Source: a candidate division WOR-3 bacterium (GTDB lineage: Bacteria > Hydrothermota > Tepidihabitantia > Tepidihabitantales > Tepidihabitantaceae). Taken from it: a stretch of 64,000 bases of DNA. Each line of letters starts with the position of its first letter. Position 1 is the stretch's first letter. Below, piece by piece: positions 21,915-30,252 of the stretch. Under the pieces are notes generated by a model. The model worked only from the letters and a program-made list of their open reading frames with translations. It searched no databases and was not told the origin of the DNA. The translations under genes were made by a program, and so were the position numbers. The DNA lies in the NCBI GenBank assembly GCA_039801365.1, contig JBDRUN010000003.1, positions 2,146-66,145 on the forward strand, read 5' to 3'.

Positions 21915-22438
21915 AGTGGAGGCGGGTCTATAAGCCGGGTTCTGTACCCGGACTTCGTCCGAATCCTCCGAAAGGAATAAGGAATACCTCATTCCTGATT
22001 TCGGAGCCCGGCAGAAGCCGGGCGACGGTCATTTATCTGTGCCTGCGGTTGCCCGCAGGCCTCAAGCGACCTACCCGGGACTCGAGCGGACCGGGCCAGT
22101 CCTTGTCCCGATTTGGTCTTGCACCAGGCAGGGTTTGCCCATTCCAGATGTCGCCACCCGGAATAGTGCGCTCTTACCGCACTTTTTCACCCTTACTCTG
22201 CGAGACCCTTCGCTTACGCTCAGGGCAGACCGCAGAGCGGTCTGGTTTCTGTGGCACTTTCCGTCCACGGGCCGTTTCTGACCCGCAGCCTTGCCGTTAG
22301 CAAGTGCCTTGCCCTTTGGTGCCCGGACTTTCCTCTACAGGAGAGAGTTCAAGGGGTCCAGGGTTCAAGGGTTCCAGTGAGGAACACCGAACCGGACTTC
22401 CAAGACCCGGTCCTGCAGCGACCGTCCGACCCGCCTCC
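21915..22438 (-). ncRNA. rnpB: RNase P RNA (bacterial type A) with an octamer-repeat insertion in P3 and an extra 3'-proximal hairpin
   Basis: On the minus strand: P1 GGAGGCGGGTC...GACCCGCCTCC; universal P4 GAGGAAAGTCCGGGC and ACAGAACCCGGCTTAT; ACAGAAAC; AAGGGTGAAAAAGTGCGGTAAGAGCGCAC (P10-P12); GCAAGACCAAATCGGGACAAGG; all in canonical order. About 520 nt because of insertions. Overlapping ORF-track ORFs 21576-22512 are spurious. Confidence 0.8.
22345..22378. repeat. Octamer tandem array (GGGTTCNA family) inside the RNase P RNA gene, in the P3 region
   Basis: gagttcaa ggggtcca gggttcaa gggttcca read directly; lies between P1/P2 and the GGAAAGTCCGGGC P4 strand. Confidence 0.75.
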
Positions 22439-22764
22439 GAAGAACAGTGGTCAAGCATCCCAGTAGTCAAGTGGTTCAGTGACGGACACGGGGACAGCCG
22501 GACCGTTGTCAAAGAGCAGCGACCGGCGAGGTTGGTGGTCTAGTGAAGAACACCGCAACCTCTGAACCCTTTCTTCTACTGACAGTGTAGTCGGTTCTGA
22601 CGAGCTTGGCAAGTGGAATGAGCTCGGACCGATGAACTTGGACTAGGACTACGATTCCCGAACAACCGATTCCGGAACGACTGCCATTGACAGGGAACCA
22701 GGAAGGGCTATATTGAATCGCACGACCAGACAATGGGGCCTGGCCGCGAAAAACGGAGGATGCA

Positions 22765-25188
22765 ATGACCGTCACCAAGGTCGTCGGAACGCTTGTGAGC
22801 CTGGCCGGCCTGCTGGTGGCGCATCAGCTCAGCCTTGCGCCGGGGCAGTTCTCCTTTGAACCCTTTGGCGAGTTCTATCGCGTAGTCGCTGAAGGTTTCA
22901 CATCAGAGGGGCCTCCCGGACATCCTGTGCTGCCCGTTCGCTTCCTAACTTACATCCTGCCGCCCGGGACCAAGGCTGAATCAGTGGACATCAAGACCAG
23001 CGAATACAAGTTCGTCGGCAAGTACTACATCTGTCCGGCACAGCCGTCAGTGCCGCTTGACAGTACGCCGCCGTGGGTGCCGCCGGACTCTGCAATATAC
23101 AACTCGAAGTCGCCCTATCCGGCTGCTCCGGTTGAGATTGTGAACCGCGGGTTCTTTGACGGAGCCAGCGTGGTTACGGTGGCGGTTCGACCGGTGAGGT
23201 ACATCCCTGTCAACCGGGAAGTGTTTGCCCTTTCTTGGATTGAGTTCGATTTCTTTCTCAGCGAGGCGGCTCCGCCGACGCGAGCTATGGTCAGGGACAT
23301 TCATGCGCAGGAAACCCATGACCTGGCGCTGCGGGCGGTCATCGAGAATGACGAGGACATTCCCGCCTACTACCAGTCGCCCATGCTCATTTCAGAGCAG
23401 GCACCGGGAGCCAATGCCCGGGCACCATACCCATCTCCAACCCAGTACACCATTATCACCAATGACCTCTTGGCCAGCTCCTTCCAGCCCTTTGCCGACT
23501 GGCTGACCAACAAAGGCGTCCCGGCCAGCGTTGTCCGAATGAGCCAGTTCCTGCCCTACTTCTCGGGCGTCGATAGTGCCGAGAAACTGCGCAACTACCT
23601 GAAGTACGGATACCAACAGTGCGGCGCCATCTGGGTTCTTCTTGGCGGAGATGCCGGAGTTGTGCCGTTTCGGTACGGGTGGAGGATCAACGACGACACC
23701 GCTCGCCCCAATGCGTCGGGGAATATCATACCCTCCGATCTCTACTTCTCAGACATGAACGGGAACTGGGATGTTGATGGAGACCAGCGCTGGGGTGAGC
23801 CTCACGACGGCGTTGACGTCTACCCCGAGCTTTACGTCGGTCGCCTGACTGTGCGGCAGTCTGAGAAGGTTCAGAACTGGGTGAACAAGCTGCTCTACTA
23901 CGAGATGAATGGGAGCAATGACTTGAGCCAGTTCAACCGGGCGACCTGGATTTATGACGGCGAAGCTGGACTCACTCCATACTCCCAGACTTTCGAGCAG
24001 TTCCCTCTCTACTACACACACAGCTACTACAATAGCGTGACTGCGCCAACTGCGCGGAACGCCTTCGGCAGGGCTGCATCACCCAGCTCTGCGGCGGGCA
24101 TATACAACGTAAACTGCCATGGCGACCCGAGGAACTTCGCCTCAAAATCTACGGGGGGATGGTGGAAAGTCTGGGCAGACAGCAGCCCCGACGGTGAGAA
24201 CGAGCAAAACGCCTGGTTGCGGCGCTGTGACCTCCCCGGTCGCCACTACATCGTCTATGACATCGGCTGCTATACCGCAGCCTTTGACCCATTCATTCCG
24301 CATCCTCCAGGGCACGAGTACTATCCGTCTGACACCCTATTAGCTGATGCTTACACCGATTTCTATCCAACAACACTCGGCGTGGCCCACTTGGGGAATA
24401 CTCGCTGGGGCTGGCCAACGGCGTCGCGAGAACTACAGCATTGCTTCTGGCAGTTATTCTTCAGCTCGGGCAACGCTTCTCTCGGGGTGGCAGAGGGGCT
24501 GTCCAAAGTTGACTACCCCGACTACTACCTACGACATGCCCACAGTCTCTTCGGTTCACCCGAGAACGAGCCCTGGATAATGTCCCCTGCGTCAATGTAC
24601 GTGCGGGCTCCGTCCTCAATACCTCAGGGTGTACCAGTTCAGTTTCAGGTCAAGTGCTCCACCGCGGGTGGAGCTGGAATTTCCCGGGTGAGGGTGTGCC
24701 TTTACAAGCCGAACGACGTCTACCAACTACGCCTGACGAACTCCAGCGGCATCGCCAACTTCACGGTCTGTGCCGGAAGTCCCGGCACGCTACTCGTCAC
24801 CTGCTCCTACCGCCGAGCCGGAACCGGGTCCTTTCAGCAGTATCTTCCTCGTCAGAGAACCTGCCAGGTCATTCCGGCCAAGGGCGAAGGGCCGCAAAGT
24901 GAGGAGTCAGGATTGCCACGGGAACTCGGATTTACCGCTCTGAATCCCAATCCCGCGCTCGGTAATCTCACGGTGCAATACGGCGTGCCGGTCAAGGGTA
25001 GGGTGAAGCTGCTGCTCTATGATACCCAGGGAAGAAGCAGGTCAGTGATAACAGACGAGGATGTGAATCCTGGTTACTACAGGCAAGTCATCAGTAGAGA
25101 CGCTTGGCCCTTTTCGGCCGGTGTATACTTCCTGGCTCTCACGCAGAACGGCAGCCAAGTCACCAGAAAGGTAGCGGTCGCAAAGTAG
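22765..25188 (+). CDS. Peptidase C25 (gingipain-like cysteine protease) family protein with T9SS C-terminal sorting domain
   Basis: N-terminal propeptide-like domain, C25 catalytic-domain motifs (YTIITNDLLASSFQPFADWLTNKGV; YFSDMNGNWDVDGD; CHGDP); C-terminal about 80 aa (LNPNPALGNLTVQYGV..GRVKLLLYDTQGR..GVYFLAL) matches the T9SS/Por secretion CTD. Confidence 0.8.
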   Translation: MTVTKVVGTLVSLAGLLVAHQLSLAPGQFSFEPFGEFYRVVAEGFTSEGPPGHPVLPVRFLTYILPPGTKAESVDIKTSEYKFVGKYYICPAQPSVPLDSTPPWVPPDSAIYNSKSPYPAAPVEIVNRGFFDGASVVTVAVRPVRYIPVNREVFALSWIEFDFFLSEAAPPTRAMVRDIHAQETHDLALRAVIENDEDIPAYYQSPMLISEQAPGANARAPYPSPTQYTIITNDLLASSFQPFADWLTNKGVPASVVRMSQFLPYFSGVDSAEKLRNYLKYGYQQCGAIWVLLGGDAGVVPFRYGWRINDDTARPNASGNIIPSDLYFSDMNGNWDVDGDQRWGEPHDGVDVYPELYVGRLTVRQSEKVQNWVNKLLYYEMNGSNDLSQFNRATWIYDGEAGLTPYSQTFEQFPLYYTHSYYNSVTAPTARNAFGRAASPSSAAGIYNVNCHGDPRNFASKSTGGWWKVWADSSPDGENEQNAWLRRCDLPGRHYIVYDIGCYTAAFDPFIPHPPGHEYYPSDTLLADAYTDFYPTTLGVAHLGNTRWGWPTASRELQHCFWQLFFSSGNASLGVAEGLSKVDYPDYYLRHAHSLFGSPENEPWIMSPASMYVRAPSSIPQGVPVQFQVKCSTAGGAGISRVRVCLYKPNDVYQLRLTNSSGIANFTVCAGSPGTLLVTCSYRRAGTGSFQQYLPRQRTCQVIPAKGEGPQSEESGLPRELGFTALNPNPALGNLTVQYGVPVKGRVKLLLYDTQGRSRSVITDEDVNPGYYRQVISRDAWPFSAGVYFLALTQNGSQVTRKVAVAK

Positions 25189-25196
25189 GAGAGTCC

Positions 25197-26510
25197 GTGC
25201 GACCTCCTGCCTGTTGCGTCATTGTTCTTGCGGCTATTGGGCTAGGCCAGAATTGGGAAACAGCCGCAATCCTAGGTGCTCCGGGTTCTTACGTTCCGTG
25301 TGCGATTGCTGTGGACAGCGCCGGCCGACCGTGCGTGGCGTTCGGCGTTGGGAGGCGTCTAGGATACGCCAGTCAGGACGGGGCCGGTTGGAGATTCGAG
25401 TATCCTGACAGCAGTGCCTACGTTGCGGAGGTGGACTTGTGCCTAGACACAGCTGGGCGTCCTCACATTGGCTACAGTGGGGTACGCTACGCCCACTGGG
25501 ACGGCACCAACTGGCATACTGAAGCTGTTGCTGAAGGGAGCGGATTGACGCTGACGCTGGCTCGGGACAGAACTCCGCATATGGTGTTTGTAGATTCTCT
25601 GGGCGTAAAGTATGCCTATAAGGCCGGCGATACCTGGAACATCCTGACGGTCCCGGCATATCAAGCTGATTCGCTAAGGCGGCTGGGGGGCGCTTCGCTC
25701 GCTGTTGACGCAGCCGACCAACCAGGAATTGCGGTAACCTGGACCAAACATAGTAACCACGACAGCATATGGCTCTCGTTCTTTGAGTATGATGGTCAGA
25801 ACTGGCATAGGTTCGAGGTTGACTCGGCTAAGGGCTGGGGACCCTACGACTTCTGGGTGCCCAAGGTTCAATACGAACCGGGTACCGACATCTTCCACAT
25901 CACATACCGCGCCTATGCCTATCAAGGTGTGTACGTGACCGGAAGACGCAGCGCTTGGCAGGTCGAGCAGGCGAGTGTGTCGGTCGGAAACTGGTGGTAC
26001 GACTTCGCGCTTCACCAGGGAAGACCCTATATTGTTTGTTCCAGCGTTAGGGTTCCTCTGAAGTATCAGTGGCGTTGGGCCGGAGGGTGGGAAGAGGAAC
26101 TGGTTGTCGAAGAGGCTGCGCCGGCAGTTTCTATTGCGGTTGACCGGACCGGTAGACCCCATGTCGCCTTCTTCCCTTTCAGTGGCGACACCCTGTACTA
26201 CGCCCGCAGGCTGTTTGTCGGCACAGAAGAACCGGTGCCGGCAGTCACTCGTGCCGAGCCACAGCTCGTGGTCCATCCCAATCCCGCGCCTCGTGCCTTC
26301 ACGCTTGAGTTTCCAGTCTCTTCTCGGACAACCGCCACAATCTCGCTCTGCGACGCCTCAGGCAGAACCGTCTGGACAGAAGAGCAGACGGTATGTCCCG
26401 GCCACTACCGCACGAGACTTCGCCTTCCAGCGGAGGTTAGTCCCGGTGTCTACTTCCTTCGGGTGAAGGGCAGCCAAGAGGAAGGTACTGCGAGGATAGT
26501 CCTCAGGTAG
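25197..26510 (+). CDS. Secreted repeat protein (W/Y-rich beta-propeller-like repeats) with T9SS C-terminal sorting domain
   Basis: GTG start behind AGGAGA RBS, signal-peptide-like N-terminus; repeated motifs (GRPHIGYSG, GRPYIVCSS, GRPHVAFF; WDGTNWHTE, DGQNWHRFE); C-terminal PQLVVHPNPAPRAFTLEF...GRTVWTE...GVYFLRV T9SS CTD. Confidence 0.6.
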   Translation: MRPPACCVIVLAAIGLGQNWETAAILGAPGSYVPCAIAVDSAGRPCVAFGVGRRLGYASQDGAGWRFEYPDSSAYVAEVDLCLDTAGRPHIGYSGVRYAHWDGTNWHTEAVAEGSGLTLTLARDRTPHMVFVDSLGVKYAYKAGDTWNILTVPAYQADSLRRLGGASLAVDAADQPGIAVTWTKHSNHDSIWLSFFEYDGQNWHRFEVDSAKGWGPYDFWVPKVQYEPGTDIFHITYRAYAYQGVYVTGRRSAWQVEQASVSVGNWWYDFALHQGRPYIVCSSVRVPLKYQWRWAGGWEEELVVEEAAPAVSIAVDRTGRPHVAFFPFSGDTLYYARRLFVGTEEPVPAVTRAEPQLVVHPNPAPRAFTLEFPVSSRTTATISLCDASGRTVWTEEQTVCPGHYRTRLRLPAEVSPGVYFLRVKGSQEEGTARIVLR

Positions 26511-26607
26511 TACATACCCCGTCGCCTTGGCGTTGAGATGGAACTGCAGCACCGGCTGGTCGCTGGGCTTCCTTGAACCGAACGTGCCTTAGGGTATCCT
26601 TAGGGTT

Positions 26608-27738
26608 GTGAATAGCAGGATAGTCCTCGCCATCGGCGGTAATTCCCTTATACGGGCCAAGGACAAGCAGTCTTTTTCGGACCAGCTTGCTGCAGTTGGT
26701 GACACCTGCCACCAGGTTGCCGACTTGGTCGAGGCCGGGCATGAGGTCGTCATTACCCACGGCAACGGGCCACAGGTCGGCTTCCTTCTCATTCGGTCGC
26801 ACTTGTCACGGAACCGGCTGCCGGAGACTCCACTCGATGCCGCGAATGCTCAGACCCAGGCGGAAATCGGGTACATGATTCAGCAGGCGCTCGGCAACGA
26901 GCTGAGCCGGCGGGGACTGTATCAAACCCAGAAAGCCAAGAGCCAAGGGTCAGGAGTAGAAGCTCAAAGTCCAGCCAGAGTGAATGGCGTTGTGACAGTT
27001 GTGACACAGGTGGTGGTTGACCCGAATGACCCGGCGTTTCAGAATCCGTCCAAGCCGGTCGGGCCGTTCTATACCAAGGCTGAGGCCGCGGCTCTGCAGA
27101 GAGAACTGGGCTGGACAATGCGTGAGGACGCAGGTCGCGGGTTTCGGAGATTCGTGCCGTCGCCCCGGCCAGTGGAGATTGTAGAGCTGCCGGAGATTAG
27201 GCGGTTGCTGGAGTCAGGGTTCGTGGTAATCGCCTGCGGTGGAGGAGGGATTCCGGTTGTGAGTGAGCGGACAACTCAGAGCTCAGTAGTCAGGAGTCAG
27301 AACGCAGAGTGCGGAAAACCGGAGTCGGAAGGCTGGCGGCAGGTGATGGATAGTAGGCTGTTGCGGGGAGTAGCAGCGGTGATTGATAAGGATTTGGCAT
27401 CGAGCCTACTCGCGCGGGAACTCGGCGCTGACATATTCGTGATTTCCACCGCGGTGGAGCAGGTGTATCTGGATTACGGTAAGCCAAACCAGCGGCCGCT
27501 CGGTAGCGTCAAAGCAAAAGAGATGCGGGAATACCTCTTGGCCGGTCAGTTTCCAGATGGTAGCATGGGGCCGAAGGTTGAGGCGGCCCTTTCCTTTCTG
27601 GGGCTAGATGAATTCAGGACGCAGGAAGCAGAACGCAGAATGCAGGAGCTGGGAGCGGAGCGGCAGGTTATTATCACCGACCCGGAACATATAGTGGCCG
27701 CACTGCGGGGAGAAGCGGGAACGAGAATTACAGCATGA
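26608..27738 (+). CDS. arcC: Carbamate kinase with three in-frame low-complexity insertions
   Basis: IVLAIGGNSL...HGNGPQVG...VVIACGGGGIPVV...IDKDLASSLLARELGADIFVISTAVEQVYLDYGKPNQRPLG...GSMGPKVEAA are carbamate kinase signatures; 376 aa versus about 310 typical. Confidence 0.8.
   Translation: MNSRIVLAIGGNSLIRAKDKQSFSDQLAAVGDTCHQVADLVEAGHEVVITHGNGPQVGFLLIRSHLSRNRLPETPLDAANAQTQAEIGYMIQQALGNELSRRGLYQTQKAKSQGSGVEAQSPARVNGVVTVVTQVVVDPNDPAFQNPSKPVGPFYTKAEAAALQRELGWTMREDAGRGFRRFVPSPRPVEIVELPEIRRLLESGFVVIACGGGGIPVVSERTTQSSVVRSQNAECGKPESEGWRQVMDSRLLRGVAAVIDKDLASSLLARELGADIFVISTAVEQVYLDYGKPNQRPLGSVKAKEMREYLLAGQFPDGSMGPKVEAALSFLGLDEFRTQEAERRMQELGAERQVIITDPEHIVAALRGEAGTRITA
26931..26985. repeat. arcC insertion 1 (GCAGAGT-family repeat DNA; encodes KAKSQGSGVEAQSPARV)
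   Basis: CAGGAGTAGAAGCTCAAAGTCCAG related to CAGGAGTCAGAACGCAGAGTGC (insert 2) and CAGGAAGCAGAACGCAGAATGC (insert 3). Confidence 0.6.
27270..27330. repeat. arcC insertion 2 (encodes TTQSSVVRSQNAECGKPESEG)
   Basis: Same motif family; falls between conserved carbamate kinase blocks. Confidence 0.6.
27606..27665. repeat. arcC insertion 3 (encodes EFRTQEAERRMQELGAER)
   Basis: Same motif family. Confidence 0.6.
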
Positions 27739-29090
27739 AGGGTTCAAGGGTTCGAGGGTTCAAGGGGCCGAGTGAGCAGACCGGACGATGCCAGATACCA
27801 GATAACAGATTGCAGATTGCAGAGTCCAGACCACGGAACTCAGGATTGTGCGTCCTGGCGTTCTTGGTGGTTGTTTCATCAATCTTCGCTCAGCCGGCGA
27901 TGGTGCTTATTCCGATGGACCTGACGCAGGCCGACCATCTGAAGGCGTACGGCATCGTGTATCGGCTGTTGCAGCGGGGGCAGAGAGCGGAGTGGCTTCT
28001 GAACTATCGGGGCGGTTCGTTCCTCTTGCCGGTTGAGGCTCAGGCAATGAAAGAGTGTCGGCTTGAAGGGGTGGTCTATCAGTCGGTGTCCGCGGCCGAC
28101 CTGGTACAGATCAGGCAGACTATTGATCAGAACAACATGGAGTCAGTTATGCTGGAGCGGCCAACGAGGCTGGCGGTGTACGTTCCACCCACCGCTGACC
28201 CGTGGGACGATGCGGTTCGGCTGGCCCTGGACTATGCCGGCATTCCGTACGACAAGGTCTGGGATGAGGAGGTGCTGGCCGGTAAGCTTTCCCAGTACGA
28301 CTGGCTGCATCTGCATCACGAGGATTTCACCGGCCAGTACGGCAAGTTCTATGCTTCGTACCATAACGCAGACTGGTACCAGGCCGAAGTGGCGCTGAAT
28401 ACGAAAATGGCGCGTAAGCTCGGATTCTCCAAAGTCAGCAAACTGAAGCTTGCGATTGTCGGGATGGTGCGGCAGTATGTCGCGGATGGCGGGATGCTGT
28501 TTGCAATGTGTTCGGCCACAGACACGCCGGATATTGCCTGGGCGGCACAGAATACGGATATCTGTAATCAGGTTTTCGATGGCGACGGCGTTGATCCGGC
28601 GTATCGCTCAAAGCTCGACTACAGTGGTTGTCTGGCATTCGAGAACTTTGAGCTAGTTACCGACCCAATGGTGTATGAGCACTCAGACATTGACACCTAT
28701 CTTGAGGCGACTGCCCGCGGGCCGGATACATACTTCGCACTGTTTGACTTCTCGGCCAAGTTTGACCCGGTGCCGACGATGCTGGTTCAGAACCACGTAG
28801 GGCTGGTCAAGGAGTTTCTCGGCCAGAACTGCGGGTTTCGCCGGGAGCGGCTGAAAAAGAGCACGCTCATTATGGGTGAGGTCAAGAATACCGAGGAGGT
28901 GAAGTACATTCACGGTAACTTCGGCAAGGGGACTTGGACTTTTCTCGGTGGCCACGACCCTGAGGACTACGCCCACCGCATCGGCGACCCAGTGACCGAC
29001 CTTTCCTTGCACAAGAACTCGCCTGGGTACAGGCTGATACTGAATAACGTGCTGTTTCCCGCGGCGGAGAAGAAAAAGCTGAAGACGTGA
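27735..29090 (+). CDS. Hypothetical secreted protein (possible ThuA/DUF4159-like amidotransferase-like fold); 5' end built from tandem repeats
   Basis: Long ORF with a conserved-looking core (LAVYVPPTADPWDDAVRLALDYAGIPYD, MLFAMCSATD); its first about 35 codons are the GGGTTCNA and CAGATTG arrays, so the true start is probably near 27846 (hydrophobic signal LCVLAFLVVVSSIFA). Confidence 0.45.
   Translation: MKGSRVRGFKGPSEQTGRCQIPDNRLQIAESRPRNSGLCVLAFLVVVSSIFAQPAMVLIPMDLTQADHLKAYGIVYRLLQRGQRAEWLLNYRGGSFLLPVEAQAMKECRLEGVVYQSVSAADLVQIRQTIDQNNMESVMLERPTRLAVYVPPTADPWDDAVRLALDYAGIPYDKVWDEEVLAGKLSQYDWLHLHHEDFTGQYGKFYASYHNADWYQAEVALNTKMARKLGFSKVSKLKLAIVGMVRQYVADGGMLFAMCSATDTPDIAWAAQNTDICNQVFDGDGVDPAYRSKLDYSGCLAFENFELVTDPMVYEHSDIDTYLEATARGPDTYFALFDFSAKFDPVPTMLVQNHVGLVKEFLGQNCGFRRERLKKSTLIMGEVKNTEEVKYIHGNFGKGTWTFLGGHDPEDYAHRIGDPVTDLSLHKNSPGYRLILNNVLFPAAEKKKLKT
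27739..27767. repeat. Octamer tandem array (GGGTTCAA GGGTTCGA GGGTTCAA) spanning the arcC stop
   Basis: Direct reading. Confidence 0.8.
27791..27832. repeat. Heptamer tandem array (CCAGATA CCAGATAA CAGATTG CAGATTG CAGAGTC CAGACC)
   Basis: Direct reading. Confidence 0.8.
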
Positions 29091-29096
29091 GAGCAA

Positions 29097-29136
29097 AGGG
29101 TTCAAGGCTTCCAGCGTTCCAGGGTTCGAGGGTGAG
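29097..29136. repeat. Octamer array (GGGTTCAA GGCTTCCA GCGTTCCA GGGTTCGA GGGTGAGG), left flank of four-helix-bundle gene 1
   Basis: Direct reading. Confidence 0.8.
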
Positions 29137-29163
29137 GATTTCGGGCGCGGAGACGGGCGGAGG

Positions 29164-29541
29164 ATGCTGAGGAACTACAAGGAGTTGACTGCATGGCAGC
29201 GGGCGTACGGGCTTTGTCTGGAGGTTTATCGCCTTACTGCCGAGTTTCCAAAGGAGGAGAAGTATGGGCTTGTATCTCAGATTCGGCGGGCCGCCGTGTC
29301 GGTTCCATCCAACATTGCCGAGGGATACGGCAGAAGAACCACGGGTGAGTATCTCCAGTCTCTGCATGTTGCGTACGCTTCTCTGTGCGAGCTCGAGACG
29401 CAAGTTCTCCTTGTTTCGGACCTGGGGTTCCTGAAATTGGAGCCGTCGCGGAAACTGAAGGAAGACGTTGGTGATGTCGAGCGGTTGCTCAAGGCGCTCA
29501 TCAGGTCATTGGAGCAGAAGCGTTCTGCTCCTGAACACTAG
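29164..29541 (+). CDS. Four-helix-bundle protein (TIGR02436 / 23S rRNA intervening-sequence protein family, PF05635; same family as DGR Avd)
   Basis: YKELTAWQRAYGLCLEVYRLTAEFPKEEKYGLVSQIRRAAVSVPSNIAEGYGR...SLCELETQVLL is the characteristic family sequence. Confidence 0.8.
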   Translation: MLRNYKELTAWQRAYGLCLEVYRLTAEFPKEEKYGLVSQIRRAAVSVPSNIAEGYGRRTTGEYLQSLHVAYASLCELETQVLLVSDLGFLKLEPSRKLKEDVGDVERLLKALIRSLEQKRSAPEH

Positions 29542-29572
29542 AACCCTTGAACCCTAGAATCCTGGAACCCTG
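29541..29572. repeat. Octamer array in inverted orientation (GAACCCTT GAACCCTA GAATCCTG GAACCCTG), right flank of four-helix-bundle gene 1
   Basis: Reverse complement of the GGGTTCNA family; starts in the gene's stop codon. Confidence 0.8.
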
Positions 29573-29580
29573 TCTCTGAT

Positions 29581-29847
29581 ATGTGCCTGGCCATACCGGT
29601 AAGAATTACCGAGCTTCGCGGCGATATGGCGGTCGGTGAAGTAGGCGGCATCGAGCGCGAGATTTCCGTGCTGATGACGCCGGATGTGAGAGTCGGTGAT
29701 TATGTCATAGTTCACGCCGGGTTTGCACTGCAGATTGTGGACCAGGAAGAGGCGAAGGAGAACCTCAGGATTCTTTCCGAGATGGCTCAGGTCACCGAGA
29801 AGGTTCGGCAGAAGGCGCGGCGGACTAGGCCTAACCGGACTGGGTGA
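29581..29847 (+). CDS. hypC: Hydrogenase maturation factor HypC/HupF
   Basis: Invariant MC(L/I)A(I/V)P N-terminus (MCLAIPVRI) and length of 88 aa. Confidence 0.85.
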   Translation: MCLAIPVRITELRGDMAVGEVGGIEREISVLMTPDVRVGDYVIVHAGFALQIVDQEEAKENLRILSEMAQVTEKVRQKARRTRPNRTG

Positions 29848-30244
29848 TGATGAGCGGGCAGGGCAGGCTGGCGAGAAGCTCCTCGGGCAGGCGGTAGTTG
29901 CGCTCGGCTAGGTTCCCGGACGCAAGGACAACGAGGTCGCAATGGGTGCTGGTCACCAGGGAGCGCAGCTGCCCCACGTCGCCTTCCTGGACAACGACCG
30001 ATGACTTGATACCGACAGACTTGAATTCCTGCTCAAGGCTGTAGAGGTCTTGCCAGCAGCGACGCTCCTGCTCCTCGCGCCGCACGTCCGGGCGGGTACG
30101 GCTCTCGGTCGGCAGGGTGGACTTGTGACCCGGGAGCATCACCGCACTCAACAATACCGTGCTGTTGTGCTTGCGGGCAAGGTCCATCACAAAGCCCTTT
30201 TCGTCCTGCTTCTCGCTAGCAATGTAGAGTATCTTCTCAAACAT
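29831..30244 (-). CDS. Universal stress protein (UspA) family
   Basis: USP fold pattern (ILYIASEK...; VVVQEGDVGQLRSL...CDLVVLASGN). Confidence 0.65.
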   Translation of the reverse strand: MFEKILYIASEKQDEKGFVMDLARKHNSTVLLSAVMLPGHKSTLPTESRTRPDVRREEQERRCWQDLYSLEQEFKSVGIKSSVVVQEGDVGQLRSLVTSTHCDLVVLASGNLAERNYRLPEELLASLPCPLIITQSG

Positions 30245-30252
30245 GTTTCTCC

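Noticed and set aside
21576-22512. Several 60-150-aa ORFs on both strands (e.g. 21854-22300, 22304-22543, 21780-21992)
   Set aside because: They overlap the RNase P RNA gene, whose conserved blocks are unambiguous; they are low-complexity and mutually overlapping, so spurious.
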